This document shows positions 1 to 9,326 of a stretch of 64,000 nt of DNA, piece after piece; the stretch's first letter is position 1; each line of letters opens with the position of its first letter. Origin of the DNA: Cenarchaeum sp. (GTDB taxonomy: Archaea > Thermoproteota > Nitrososphaeria > Nitrososphaerales > Nitrosopumilaceae); the NCBI GenBank assembly GCA_963693095.2, contig OY843768.1, positions 192,001 through 256,000 on the forward strand. The letters are read 5' to 3'. Made by a program: the position numbers and the translations under genes. The notes under the pieces are model-generated. The model was not told where the DNA came from, ran no database searches, and was given only the letters and a program-made list of their open reading frames with translations.

Positions 1-905
1 ATGCCGGCTATGGCCGCCTTTACGCTAGCTGCTGCAGCATCAAGGACACCGCGCTCGGCCTCGTCCAGGTCGAGCTCGACTATGCTCTCTACGCCGTTGC
101 GCCCTATGATGGCCGGCACGCCAAGCGCAATTCCCGAATGACCATACTCGCCCTCGAGGGGAGTCGAGACCGGTATGAGCTGCTTTTTGTCGCGCACGAT
201 CGACTCGATGAGCGCGGCTATGGCGTTTCCGGGGGCGTGAACAGTCGCGCCCTTTAGGGATATGACCTTGGCGGCGACCTTTTTTGTCGACTCTACGATC
301 TCGTCTAGCTTTTCGCGCGGGAGCATGTCAGTCAGCGGTATTCCGGAGACTGAGGAATGGCGGACGAGGGGCAGCATGTTCACGCCGTGCTCGCCGATGA
401 CTAGCCCCCTTATCGAGTCGCGCGACTTGCCAGTTGCCCCGTGTATGAACTCCCTAAAGCGCGACAGGTCAAGCATCCCGCCCATGCCCACGATGCGGCT
501 CCTCTCAAAGCCTGACTCCTTGTGGGCCACGTGAACCATGGGATCAAGCGGGTTTGTCACCGGTATTATGATCGAGTCTGGCGCGTGCCTTTTCGTCTCG
601 GCCACGACGCTTGTGACGACCTTTGAGTTTATCTTTAGGAGGTCCATGCGCGTCATGCCGGGCTTGCGACCTGCGCCGGCCACGACGACCACAATGTCCG
701 AACCGGCCATCTCGGCATAGTCGTTGGAGCCGCGGACATTGACGTCGATTCCCAGCTCGGCTAGCGCGTGGCTCGTGTCCATCGCCTCGCCCTGCGGGAG
801 GCCTTCTGCAATGTCGAGGAGGAGTATCTCGGTGTCTAGCCTGCGCAGCGCGCTAAAGAGGGCAGCGTCGCCGCCGACCTTGCCAGAGCCCACAATCGTG
901 ATCAT
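1..905 (-). CDS. mdh: Malate dehydrogenase (LDH-like), 3' end runs off the window
   Basis: Manual translation from ATG at 905: [15 protein letters not shown] (Rossmann), later [34 protein letters not shown]. Absent from the ORF track because it is truncated. Confidence 0.93.
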   Translation of the reverse strand, partial: MITIVGSGKVGGDAALFSALRRLDTEILLLDIAEGLPQGEAMDTSHALAELGIDVNVRGSNDYAEMAGSDIVVVVAGAGRKPGMTRMDLLKINSKVVTSVVAETKRHAPDSIIIPVTNPLDPMVHVAHKESGFERSRIVGMGGMLDLSRFREFIHGATGKSRDSIRGLVIGEHGVNMLPLVRHSSVSGIPLTDMLPREKLDEIVESTKKVAAKVISLKGATVHAPGNAIAALIESIVRDKKQLIPVSTPLEGEYGHSGIALGVPAIIGRNGVESIVELDLDEAERGVLDAAAASVKAAIAG

Positions 906-955
906 CTGTGCGCAGGGGCTCTGTGCTGCGTAATTAAACCTAGTGTGGTCTTTGA

Positions 956-1047
956 GTGTGGGGCCGGCACCCATGTCAGCCTATGCCCGAATAGGCGTAG
1001 CGGCCAAGTAAACCGGCAGAATCAACGCCCATTTGACCAAATGGACA
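956..1047 (-). mobile_element. Degenerate copy of ~113-bp IS66-derived MITE (left end missing)
   Basis: Reverse complement (tgtccatttggtcaaatgggcgttgattctgccgg...ggtgccggccccacac) aligns with the intact copy at 46538-46650. Confidence 0.75.
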
Positions 1048-1051
1048 TTGC

Positions 1052-1651
1052 CTAGAGTGAGAATTCTCGATATTCTTGTGCCTGCGCGCTCTGTGTTCCG
1101 AGCAGAGACCCCGCAATGTCATCATACACCCTGGGCACGCGCTCTTGGTTGATTATGAACCAGCCGCGCGCCTCCTCGATCATCTCCTCGCGCGTGAGCG
1201 TCCTGCCCCCTGCGCGCATCTTGTCCTCAATATAGCACAGCGTCGAGGCGATCTCGAGCCACTCGACGTCATCGATGCGCTCGCGCGCGAGCTCAACAAA
1301 CTCTTCTCTGCGGCTCCATTCCTGCGCGGGCTCTGAGTGCAGGTCCTTGAGCCCCCAGATGTCAACCTCGAACCCAAACGCGTGGGGGCTGGTCATGCTC
1401 CAGTCATAGACGTACCTCTCCAGGTTGGGGCAGTCGAGCCTATGCTTTGCAAAGTAGACGAGTATGTTCAGGGACAGGCGCGTGGCGTTGCTCTTCCAGC
1501 TCTGATACATGTCGCACGGGATGACGCCGGCGTCACAGAGGACATGAAGTATGGGAACCGGGGATCCAGGGACGATCATGCCCCCGTTGGGGAGCGACTC
1601 GGTCGGCACCATCCTGTACCCCTCGACATTGACGTATCCCCGATCCTGCAT
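1052..1651 (-). CDS. Hypothetical protein, YwgA/Panacea(SocA)-like antitoxin fold suspected; paralog of 2393-2968
   Basis: Near-identical to 2393-2968. Motifs LVYFAK..YVYDW..SPH..EVDI and WLEIASTL resemble the YwgA/DUF4065 pattern (inference). Confidence 0.6.
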   Translation of the reverse strand: MQDRGYVNVEGYRMVPTESLPNGGMIVPGSPVPILHVLCDAGVIPCDMYQSWKSNATRLSLNILVYFAKHRLDCPNLERYVYDWSMTSPHAFGFEVDIWGLKDLHSEPAQEWSRREEFVELARERIDDVEWLEIASTLCYIEDKMRAGGRTLTREEMIEEARGWFIINQERVPRVYDDIAGSLLGTQSAQAQEYREFSL

Positions 1652-1805
1652 CGGACAGGAAACGGCCCCTGGAGCTTATAATCCTATCCTGAGATACTGC
1701 TTTAACCACGAATGTGCACGGGCAGTCGTCTCCCAAAGACTGACTACCGGATGGTGGAGTATTCGGGATTGGCCGCCATCTCTGCCACATGGCACAATAT
1801 CTGGG

Positions 1806-2396
1806 CTATGCGCGCGCTAGATCCTCGCGCACGTTCTTGCCCCGTGTCTCTCTAATGTACTTGGATATTTTCATTGCAGACCCTTGAATCCACTGGATAT
1901 CGGAGACGTGGACGGTGTCTTTTTGCAGGTTGCTTATCATCTGATCGACTATACGGAGCGGCTTTGTCTTGAAGCTGCGCTCCACCCTGGCGCTGACCAC
2001 TGCACTCTTTATGCTATAGACGTGCATTATGAACATCACCCTGTGGTGATCTGGGACAGTTGCCCTTTGTGGTTCTATAGACGACTTGAAGAGTGCCTCT
2101 ATGGTACGCTGGCACATCTTGTGCAGGGTTGATAGTGACTGGAGCACAGAGTCAGTCTCCTCGCCATACCGAAACCTCTCTGCCTGTTGGGTTATCGTGT
2201 AGCTGAACACGCCTAGCACGTATGCATAGTATCCGCATATGACGGCCACCCCTAGCGCCATCAGGGACGTTAGCAGCGAAATGGCGCCATAGACGCTTCC
2301 TGTTGCGATCAGCGTGCTCCAATAGATCGCCACTAGCCCGCCGCCTATGACTCCGGCGGGAAGCATTCCCAGGGTGAGAATTCTTGATATTCTCAT
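1806..2396 (-). CDS. Hypothetical membrane protein (2 N-terminal TM helices)
   Basis: 196 aa with hydrophobic N-terminus; ATGA overlap with the upstream gene 2393-2968; AT-richer than the backbone. Confidence 0.7.
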   Translation of the reverse strand: MRISRILTLGMLPAGVIGGGLVAIYWSTLIATGSVYGAISLLTSLMALGVAVICGYYAYVLGVFSYTITQQAERFRYGEETDSVLQSLSTLHKMCQRTIEALFKSSIEPQRATVPDHHRVMFIMHVYSIKSAVVSARVERSFKTKPLRIVDQMISNLQKDTVHVSDIQWIQGSAMKISKYIRETRGKNVREDLARA

Positions 2397-2968
2397 GGCT
2401 GTGTACCCCCAGTTCCGAGCAGCGACCCCACAATGTCGTCGTACACCTTGGGCACGCGCTCTTGGTTGATTATGAACCAGTTGTGCGCCTCCTCGATCAT
2501 CTCCTCGCGCGTGAGCGTCCTGGACTCTGCGCGCATCTTGTCTTCAATGTAGCACAGCGTCGAGGCGATCTCGAGCCACTCGACGTCATCGATGCGCTCG
2601 CGCGCAAGCTTGACAAACTCTTCGCTCCTGTCCCACTCTTGCGCGGGCTCTGTGTGCAGGTCCCTGAGCCCCCAGATGTCAACCTCGAACCCAAACGCGT
2701 GCGGGCTAGTCATGCCCCAGTCATAGACATACCTCTCCAGGTTGGGGCAGCCAAGCCTGTGCTTTGCAAAGTAGACGAGTATGTTCAGGGCCAGGGACAC
2801 GGCGTTGCTCTTCCAGCTCTGATACATGTCGCACGGGATGACGCCGGCGTCACAGAGGACGTGGAGTATGGGAACCGGGGATCCAGGGACGATCACGCCC
2901 CCGTTGGGGATCGACTCAGTAGGCACCATCCGGTATCCCTCGGCATTGACGTATCCCTGATCCTGCAT
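2393..2968 (-). CDS. Hypothetical protein, YwgA/Panacea-like; paralog of 1052-1651
   Basis: 191 aa; TTATAA TATA-like box upstream; duplicated. Confidence 0.65.
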   Translation of the reverse strand: MQDQGYVNAEGYRMVPTESIPNGGVIVPGSPVPILHVLCDAGVIPCDMYQSWKSNAVSLALNILVYFAKHRLGCPNLERYVYDWGMTSPHAFGFEVDIWGLRDLHTEPAQEWDRSEEFVKLARERIDDVEWLEIASTLCYIEDKMRAESRTLTREEMIEEAHNWFIINQERVPKVYDDIVGSLLGTGGTQP

Positions 2969-3017
2969 CGGACAGGAAGCGACCCCTGGAGCTTATAATC
3001 CTACCCTGAGATCCTGC

Positions 3018-3071
3018 GTATGGGAGCCGACACCACTGCCCATTCGGTCAAATGGGCATTGATCCTGCCGG
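3018..3071 (+). mobile_element. Partial copy of IS66-derived MITE (left part)
   Basis: gtatgggagccgacaccactgcccattcggtcaaatgggcattgatcctgccgg; 3037-3071 matches the reverse complement of 1013-1047 at 31/35 nt. Confidence 0.75.
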
Positions 3072-3137
3072 TGCGCTGGCATTATCATCGGCCACGCCCA
3101 CAACAATTTATATCATTTTTGTCGCGCACGGCCAGCC

Positions 3138-4352
3138 ATGGCGCTAGTCATAGACGCACAGGTTGCCGGAATATCCGGAGACATGCTCCTGTGCTCGCTG
3201 GTTCACATGGGGGCCGACCCCGCAAGGATAGAGTCTGCGCTCATGCGTGCGGCCTCTGGCCTCCAGGGCGAGGAGGTCAAGGGCATCTCCTTTGAGCGCG
3301 TGAGGCGCCATGGGCTCGAGGCTACTGCGCTGCGCGTTGACTCGTCTGGCGCGCCACACTCGCGCGCCGCCTCGGAGCTCGCAGCGCACATTGCGTCCTC
3401 GGCCGCATCATGCAAGATATCAGGGCAGGCCGCCTCGTTTGCCTCGCAGAGCGTCCAGACGCTCATCGCCGCCGAGTCGGCAGTTCACGGCGTTGGCGCA
3501 TCGTCGGTTCACCTCCACGAGGCTGCCGGAGTCGACACGCTCATTGACATACTCGGCACGGCAATTGCACTCGATGACCTGGGCCTCCTCTCGGAGCGCA
3601 TAACATGCACCCCCGTGGCAGTCGGCGGGGGACTCTTAGAGTTCTCACACGGCGTCGCATCCAACCCCGCCGGCGCGATACTCGAGATATTCCGCCGACG
3701 CGGCATTGAGATCCGCGGCGGGCCGGCCGGCGTGGAGCTCACGACACCGACTGGCGCTAGCATGCTCGTCAACCTCGCCTCCTCGTGCGAGCGGTTCTAC
3801 CCGCCACTCTCGCCGACTGGCATCGGATATGGCGCCGGCAGCGCCGAGCACGACGCGTTTGCAAACGTTCTCAAGGTCGTGCGCGGGACCGAGTCTGCCG
3901 CGCTTGCAGCCGACACGGTCCGCGTGCTTGAGACCAACCTCGATGACGTCACCGGCGAGCTCCTCGGCCACGTCATCGACGAGCTCATGCGCAAGGGTGC
4001 GCATGACGTGACTGTCTCGCCGGCGGTCACAAAAAAGGGGCGGCCCGCAAGCTTGCTGACTGCAATATGCGACGCGCGCTCGTATGATGACGTGCTGCGC
4101 GCGCTAGTCGAGGAGACCGGAACGCTCGGCGTGCGCGTGCGCGACTCGAACAGGGTTGTCGCAAGGAGGGACTCGGCGACTGTCAGGGTCACCGTGGAGG
4201 GCAGGCAGTTCGATGTGCGCCACAAGGCAGCGCGCGGTGGCATTCCAAAGGTGGAGCACGACGACGTGGCCCGCGTGGCCTCTGAGCTCGGCATGCCGCT
4301 GAGGAGAGCACGCCGCCTCCTCGATGATGCCGTGTCAGGGGGTCGGCAATGA
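3138..4352 (+). CDS. larC: Nickel pincer cofactor biosynthesis protein LarC
   Basis: GISGDMLL, AESAVHG..VHLHE, ELTTPTGA, LETNLDD, ETGTLGVR motifs. Confidence 0.92.
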   Translation: MALVIDAQVAGISGDMLLCSLVHMGADPARIESALMRAASGLQGEEVKGISFERVRRHGLEATALRVDSSGAPHSRAASELAAHIASSAASCKISGQAASFASQSVQTLIAAESAVHGVGASSVHLHEAAGVDTLIDILGTAIALDDLGLLSERITCTPVAVGGGLLEFSHGVASNPAGAILEIFRRRGIEIRGGPAGVELTTPTGASMLVNLASSCERFYPPLSPTGIGYGAGSAEHDAFANVLKVVRGTESAALAADTVRVLETNLDDVTGELLGHVIDELMRKGAHDVTVSPAVTKKGRPASLLTAICDARSYDDVLRALVEETGTLGVRVRDSNRVVARRDSATVRVTVEGRQFDVRHKAARGGIPKVEHDDVARVASELGMPLRRARRLLDDAVSGGRQ

Positions 4353-5146
4353 CGCGCATCGCCGCGCTGCGATCGTGGTTTGAGGGCCATGACTGCCCGC
4401 TAGTGGCGCTCTCTGGCGGCGTCGACAGCGCGCTAGTCGCCCACGCGGCCCACTCGGTGACGCCCCGCGCAATCGCGTTCACGGCCGACTATCAGGCGCT
4501 GCCTCGCGAGGATCTCGAGGCGGCGCGCAAGACGTGCGACGAGATTGGCATCGAGCACATGGTCGTGCAGTACGACGAGCTCCTCAACGAGTCCTATGCG
4601 ACAAACACGCCTGACCGCTGCTTTCACTGCCGCACAGAGCTCGGCGAGCGCCTAGTCGAGGCCGCGCGGCGCGTCACTGCCGATGTCATAGTCGACGGGA
4701 CGCATCTCGATGACATGGGCGACTATCGTCCCGGCCTTGAGGCCATGCGCGCTGCCGGCGTGCGCAGCCCGCTCGCCGAGTCTGGACTCACAAAGGACGA
4801 CGTGCGCGAGTGCGCGCGCGCCGTCGGGCTCTCGGCGTGCGACAGGCCTGCCAACTCGTGCCTCGCCTCGCGGATACCGTGGGGCCGGCGCGTCACTGCC
4901 GAGAGGCTCGCGCGCATAGAGCTTGCCGAGAGGATTGTGCGCCAGGCCACGGGCATTGGCATCGTGCGCGTTCGCGACACGGGTGATGAGACTGCGCGCA
5001 TCGAGGTTCCGCACGACAGCATCGGTGAGCTGCGGCGCTCGATGGACTCGCAGATATCGCCGCGCCTGCGCACACTGGGGTACCTCGAGGTGAGCGTGAG
5101 CGAGCGCGGATACTCGCAGGGCGGGGCAAACGCGGGGGCGCAATGA
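4349..5146 (+). CDS. larE: ATP-dependent sulfur transferase LarE
   Basis: PP-loop SGGVDS, RCFHCR, DYRPG, SCLASRIP. Confidence 0.92.
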   Translation: MTRIAALRSWFEGHDCPLVALSGGVDSALVAHAAHSVTPRAIAFTADYQALPREDLEAARKTCDEIGIEHMVVQYDELLNESYATNTPDRCFHCRTELGERLVEAARRVTADVIVDGTHLDDMGDYRPGLEAMRAAGVRSPLAESGLTKDDVRECARAVGLSACDRPANSCLASRIPWGRRVTAERLARIELAERIVRQATGIGIVRVRDTGDETARIEVPHDSIGELRRSMDSQISPRLRTLGYLEVSVSERGYSQGGANAGAQ

Positions 5147-6300
5147 TCTACCTCGACAATGCCGCATCGACGCCGATCCACGAGATCGTCCTTGAGGCGA
5201 TGATGCCGCACCTGAGCGCCGGCTATGGCAACCCGTCATCGATCCACCGCAGCGGGCGCGATGCGGCACGCGCAATCACTGCGGCGCGCGCACAGGTCGC
5301 GGCCCTCATTGGCGCCGCACCGCACGAGATCATATTCACGTCGGGCGGGACCGAGTCCAACAACATGGCGATACTCGGCCTCGCGCGCGCGCAGCCGAAC
5401 TCGCATGTGATAACGACGCAGATCGAGCACGAGGCGGTTCTTGAGCCGTGCGCGCTCCTCGAGTCAGAGGGCCACGATGTCACGCGCGTGCGTGCCGGCC
5501 ATGACGGGATCGTCGATCCGGCCGACGTTGCGTCTGCGATGACTGACAGGACATCGCTCGTGTCAGTCATGACGGCCAACAACGAGGTCGGCACGGTTCA
5601 GGACATTGCATCGATCGCCTCTGAGTGCGCGCGTCGCGGCGTGCCCCTCCACACCGACGCGGTCCAGGCAGTCGGCAAGATGCCAGTCAATGTCGTGGCG
5701 CTAGGCGTCTCGCTCCTCTCGCTCTCTTCGCACAAGATCAACGGCCCAAAGGGCGCTGGCGCCCTCTATGTGCGCGATGGCCTGCGCCCGTCGCCGATCG
5801 TGCGCGGCGGAGGACAGGAACGCGGCGTGCGCTCTGGAACCGAGAACGTCGCGGCGATCGTCGGCCTGGGGGCGGCGTGCGCGCTCGCCTCGGCACAGAT
5901 GGCCGATGACGCCACGCGCGTGGCTGCTATGCGCGACGCGCTAGTCGCCGGCGTCAGGGCGCGAATACCGCACTCGTCGCTCAACGGCGATGCCGCAAGG
6001 CGCCTGCCGGGCAACGCGCACTTTGCGTTCCTTGGCATCCAGGGCGAGGACCTGATAATAAAGCTCGACGAGTGCGGCGTCGCAGCATCGACTGGCTCGG
6101 CGTGCTCGATACACACGCAAAAAGAGTCGCACGTCCTGCGCGCGATGGGCATGGGCAAGGAGGCAATCGACGGCTCGCTGCGAATGACTGTCGGCCCGCA
6201 GAACACGCAGGCCGAGATCGACTCGGCCATAGGCGCACTCGAGTCATGCGTCGCGGATCTTCGGCGTGTCTCGCCGTTTAGGCAAAAGTACGGGTTTTAG
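5143..6300 (+). CDS. iscS: Cysteine desulfurase (IscS/NifS group I)
   Basis: YLDNAAST, TSGGTES, HTDAVQ, SSHKINGPKG, STGSACS. Confidence 0.93.
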   Translation: MIYLDNAASTPIHEIVLEAMMPHLSAGYGNPSSIHRSGRDAARAITAARAQVAALIGAAPHEIIFTSGGTESNNMAILGLARAQPNSHVITTQIEHEAVLEPCALLESEGHDVTRVRAGHDGIVDPADVASAMTDRTSLVSVMTANNEVGTVQDIASIASECARRGVPLHTDAVQAVGKMPVNVVALGVSLLSLSSHKINGPKGAGALYVRDGLRPSPIVRGGGQERGVRSGTENVAAIVGLGAACALASAQMADDATRVAAMRDALVAGVRARIPHSSLNGDAARRLPGNAHFAFLGIQGEDLIIKLDECGVAASTGSACSIHTQKESHVLRAMGMGKEAIDGSLRMTVGPQNTQAEIDSAIGALESCVADLRRVSPFRQKYGF

Positions 6301-7121
6301 GCCCGCGCAAAGCGCGCCGAGGCGACAGTTGCTGCCGCAATGGAGACTGCGAGCACGACCATGACCACGGCGCCGAACTCGGGTATCACGCACGTTCCGA
6401 CGACCTCTATTCTCCGCTCGCCCTCAAAAAAGCCCACGCTAAACGTGTTGGCCGACTCGCCGCGCTCGACGGTGTATCCGGCCGGCTCGTCGACCTGCCT
6501 GCCGTCAACTAGGACGATAAAGCCCTCGTCGCTGCCCTCGCATCCGGACGACCTTGCGTCAAAGTATGACCTGCTAGCCGTGAACGATATGTTCCCGTCA
6601 GAGACGGGGTTGACATAGACTGTGAGGCCCAGTGCCTCGCGGCTGATCGCCATGTCCGTGACAGTCCCGCCGGATATCGTGTACGCTATGCTGCCCTCCT
6701 CGCCGTCGCCAATGTCGACTGTGGATGTGCCCTCGACGGTCTCCGGACCGACCTCGACTGGCTCGAGGCTCAGCTCAAATGACTGCCGTGCCGTGACGCC
6801 CTCCTTGTACGATGCCTGGACGCTGTACTGACCCTCCTCCCAGACGTCGCCGTCGGTGTTGATTATTGTCGCAAACGACCCGTCGCGCGAGACGTCGAGC
6901 TGGTCGACTGCTATGACGTTGCTGCCCCACTTTACCTGGAGCGTTACGGGTATGTCCCCCACGCGCGGCTCGACGTTGCCTGATATGACGATCTTGTCCC
7001 CACGCTCATAGACGGCATCGAGCTCGACTACGGTGATGGTCTGGGCCGCTGCAGGAACGGCCATCGAGAGGGCCGCGATTGAGACAATGATTGCGAGATT
7101 TCTCACGCTGGCCATGGCCAT
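6297..7121 (-). CDS. PEFG-CTERM surface protein
   Basis: Signal peptide; C-terminal VIPEFG + TM helix + basic tail. Confidence 0.88.
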   Translation of the reverse strand: MAMASVRNLAIIVSIAALSMAVPAAAQTITVVELDAVYERGDKIVISGNVEPRVGDIPVTLQVKWGSNVIAVDQLDVSRDGSFATIINTDGDVWEEGQYSVQASYKEGVTARQSFELSLEPVEVGPETVEGTSTVDIGDGEEGSIAYTISGGTVTDMAISREALGLTVYVNPVSDGNISFTASRSYFDARSSGCEGSDEGFIVLVDGRQVDEPAGYTVERGESANTFSVGFFEGERRIEVVGTCVIPEFGAVVMVVLAVSIAAATVASARFARA

Positions 7122-7133
7122 GCGCGCAACGTC

Positions 7134-8000
7134 CTAGTATTTTGGCATTATGCCGATGCGGCCCCTGCTTGAGGCCACAACCACGGCGATCACTGCCAAA
7201 ACAAGAACCATCGCGGTGAGGGCGCCAAACTCGGGCACGACACACGCGCCGATGATCTCCACGCTGCTCGCGCCCGCAAAGAGGCTTACTGTGAGGCTGT
7301 CGCCGACCAGGCTGATGTCATCCCACTCTTGGCCGTCGACTAGGACGATATAGTTCGTGTCGCCACACGCCATCTTGTTGGGGAATATCGTCAGTGCGCC
7401 GGGCTCTGTTGCGTCAACGTTGAGTAGGAGTGCCGTTCCGCCGCCCTCGCCGGCATACATTGCCGACGCGCCAGTCACGCTTCCGCCGCTCATCGTGTAC
7501 TGCACACAGTCCGCGCCCACGCTGAGCTCGCCGGCGGCGCACTCTTGTGACATTCTCTCGGGCTCCATCATCTGCTCGTCCCTGACGGGGTTTGTTATCC
7601 CGCTGCCGGTGAGGTCGACATGAACCTTGTTGCTTGCGCCCTGGCCGACGCCATACTGGACCTTTATCGTGTAGCGGCCGTCATAGTTCCACAGGTTGCC
7701 CCCCGTGTTGATCGTCGTTGCGTACGTGTTCGTTGCGGGGTCGACGTCTAGCTGCTGGAGGTTGACGCGGTTTCCCTGCGGGCTGATGACGATTAGCGTG
7801 ACGGGCGTTCCGGGCTTGTATGTCTTTACTCCACCATTGACCTCTATGGTCGAGCTGTGGCTGTACTCTTGGGCATCGGTGTGAACGGTGATTGGTATGA
7901 TGACTGGCTCGAGGATGCCGCTCTGGGCCTGGACGGGGTGCGCGCCGATGAGCGAGGCGGCCGCCACTGCCATGAAGATATATGCGACTCTGCGATCCAT
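7134..8000 (-). CDS. PEFG-CTERM surface protein
   Basis: Likely start MDRRVAY (8000); signal peptide; C-terminal VVPEFG + TM helix. Confidence 0.88.
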   Translation of the reverse strand: MDRRVAYIFMAVAAASLIGAHPVQAQSGILEPVIIPITVHTDAQEYSHSSTIEVNGGVKTYKPGTPVTLIVISPQGNRVNLQQLDVDPATNTYATTINTGGNLWNYDGRYTIKVQYGVGQGASNKVHVDLTGSGITNPVRDEQMMEPERMSQECAAGELSVGADCVQYTMSGGSVTGASAMYAGEGGGTALLLNVDATEPGALTIFPNKMACGDTNYIVLVDGQEWDDISLVGDSLTVSLFAGASSVEIIGACVVPEFGALTAMVLVLAVIAVVVASSRGRIGIMPKY

Positions 8001-8138
8001 CAGGGCAAGCGCCCACCTATGGCTATTTATGTATATTTGATTGGCGTGGGCAGCCCACGCGGGGACTAGCCTTGCGGGCTCACGCACAGCCTCCCCTGCG
8101 CCAAAGGGCGCCAGTCAGGCTAAAAAGTTAGAGTGTGG

Positions 8139-8714
8139 TCAGATTACCTGCCACGGGCGCGTTGCGAACGTTATCACATAGCCCACGCCGATGATTATCG
8201 ACTGGTATGCGATGTTCGTGTACGGTATGGCCTTTATGATGTGCTCGCCGTCTACTATGACGGTCTGCCCCGGCCCGAGCCCCGGACCCACGCTGGCCAC
8301 GTTGAGCTGCGTGTGTACGTGGTATGCGCCTGGCTCGAGTGCCATTGCGCATATCTGGTACGGCAGTATCTCGTTGCCTCCTAGGTCAAAGACGTTGCCA
8401 GGAGGATCCCTTGAGAGGATCTCCCACCTGTTTCCAGCGTTCGTCGACTCTGCGAATATGGATATCCAGCCACGCAGGTCCCTCTCCACGAGGCTGACGA
8501 GCTCGCCGCTAAGGCACAGTGTCTCGCCAGTCGTGAGGGACTGCCTGGTGAACTCCTCGTTGTCTATCTCCACAAAGCGGCTCTGGAGCTGCGCCTGCAC
8601 GCCATGCGCGTCTGCGGATGGCAGGACAAACTCAACCCAGTCAAAGCCGACAGTGCCGAGCGCTAGTATTGCGCCTAGCCCGAAGACGATTGCCTTGTTG
8701 CTGTTTGCGTTCAC
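8139..8714 (-). CDS. amoB: Archaeal ammonia monooxygenase subunit B
   Basis: Signature AHGVQAQLQSRF, YHVHTQLN, TFATRPWQVI; GTG start at 8714 downstream of a TATA-like box. Confidence 0.95.
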   Translation of the reverse strand: MNANSNKAIVFGLGAILALGTVGFDWVEFVLPSADAHGVQAQLQSRFVEIDNEEFTRQSLTTGETLCLSGELVSLVERDLRGWISIFAESTNAGNRWEILSRDPPGNVFDLGGNEILPYQICAMALEPGAYHVHTQLNVASVGPGLGPGQTVIVDGEHIIKAIPYTNIAYQSIIIGVGYVITFATRPWQVI

Positions 8715-8770
8715 GGTGCCCCGCGGCCATCGGGGCGCGTTATATAGTTTTCCGGCTCCAGGGCCGCCCC

Positions 8771-9280
8771 TCACGCCTGAGATGCCCCCTTCCTGGCTCC
8801 CTGATCGCAGTCCTCAGGGGCCCAGCGCCTCGTTTGGGCGCCAAACCGGTACCTGAGGGGGCCCCAGACCCGTCGGCCGGCGAGGTGGTGCGGCATCGTC
8901 TCGACGACATTGTCGATCTTTTCGAGCGAGTTGTCAAAGAGGCCCCTGTCAGCCGAGTCGACGACAAAGGAGACGGCCGGCTCGCCGCCAAAGTCGAGGT
9001 TGACTATGAGCGAGCCGGCACCGCCGCCGCGCCTCCTCTTCATCTCCCTGAGGAGGGCCTTGAGCCTCTCCCACCTCTTGAACCCAAACCACGCAAAGAA
9101 CTCGTCGCCAAACTCGACGGGAAGCGCGATGCGCATACGGCTCGTCTCATCGTCGGCCGGCCCGTCGAGCTCGGACTCGGAGAGCTCAAAGACTGCGCCC
9201 AGGCACTCGTGGGCGACTTCGACCTCCCAGGGCGAGATGCCGTAAAACTCGACGATTGCAGTAAGGCTGCCGCCTGCCAT
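8771..9280 (-). CDS. Hypothetical protein
   Basis: Gene-like ORF (FYGISPWEVEV...) co-oriented between korB and amoB; start taken at ATG 9280. Confidence 0.7.
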   Translation of the reverse strand: MAGGSLTAIVEFYGISPWEVEVAHECLGAVFELSESELDGPADDETSRMRIALPVEFGDEFFAWFGFKRWERLKALLREMKRRRGGGAGSLIVNLDFGGEPAVSFVVDSADRGLFDNSLEKIDNVVETMPHHLAGRRVWGPLRYRFGAQTRRWAPEDCDQGARKGASQA

Positions 9281-9326
9281 CAGGCGCCGCGCGCGCGGCG
9301 TTTTGTAAAAAGCCTTTGCCGGCACG

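Larger units (their letters stand above)
1052..3017. repeat. Direct duplication of ~650 bp (approx. 1052-1700 vs 2370-3017), including the promoter
   Basis: Long near-identical blocks, including upstream cccctggagcttataatccta.cctgagat.ctgc and downstream gtgagaattct.gatattct. Confidence 0.92.

Noticed and set aside
1052-3017. Diversity-generating retroelement TR/VR pair
   Set aside because: The whole gene and promoter are duplicated, mismatches are not adenine-specific, and there is no reverse transcriptase in the window.
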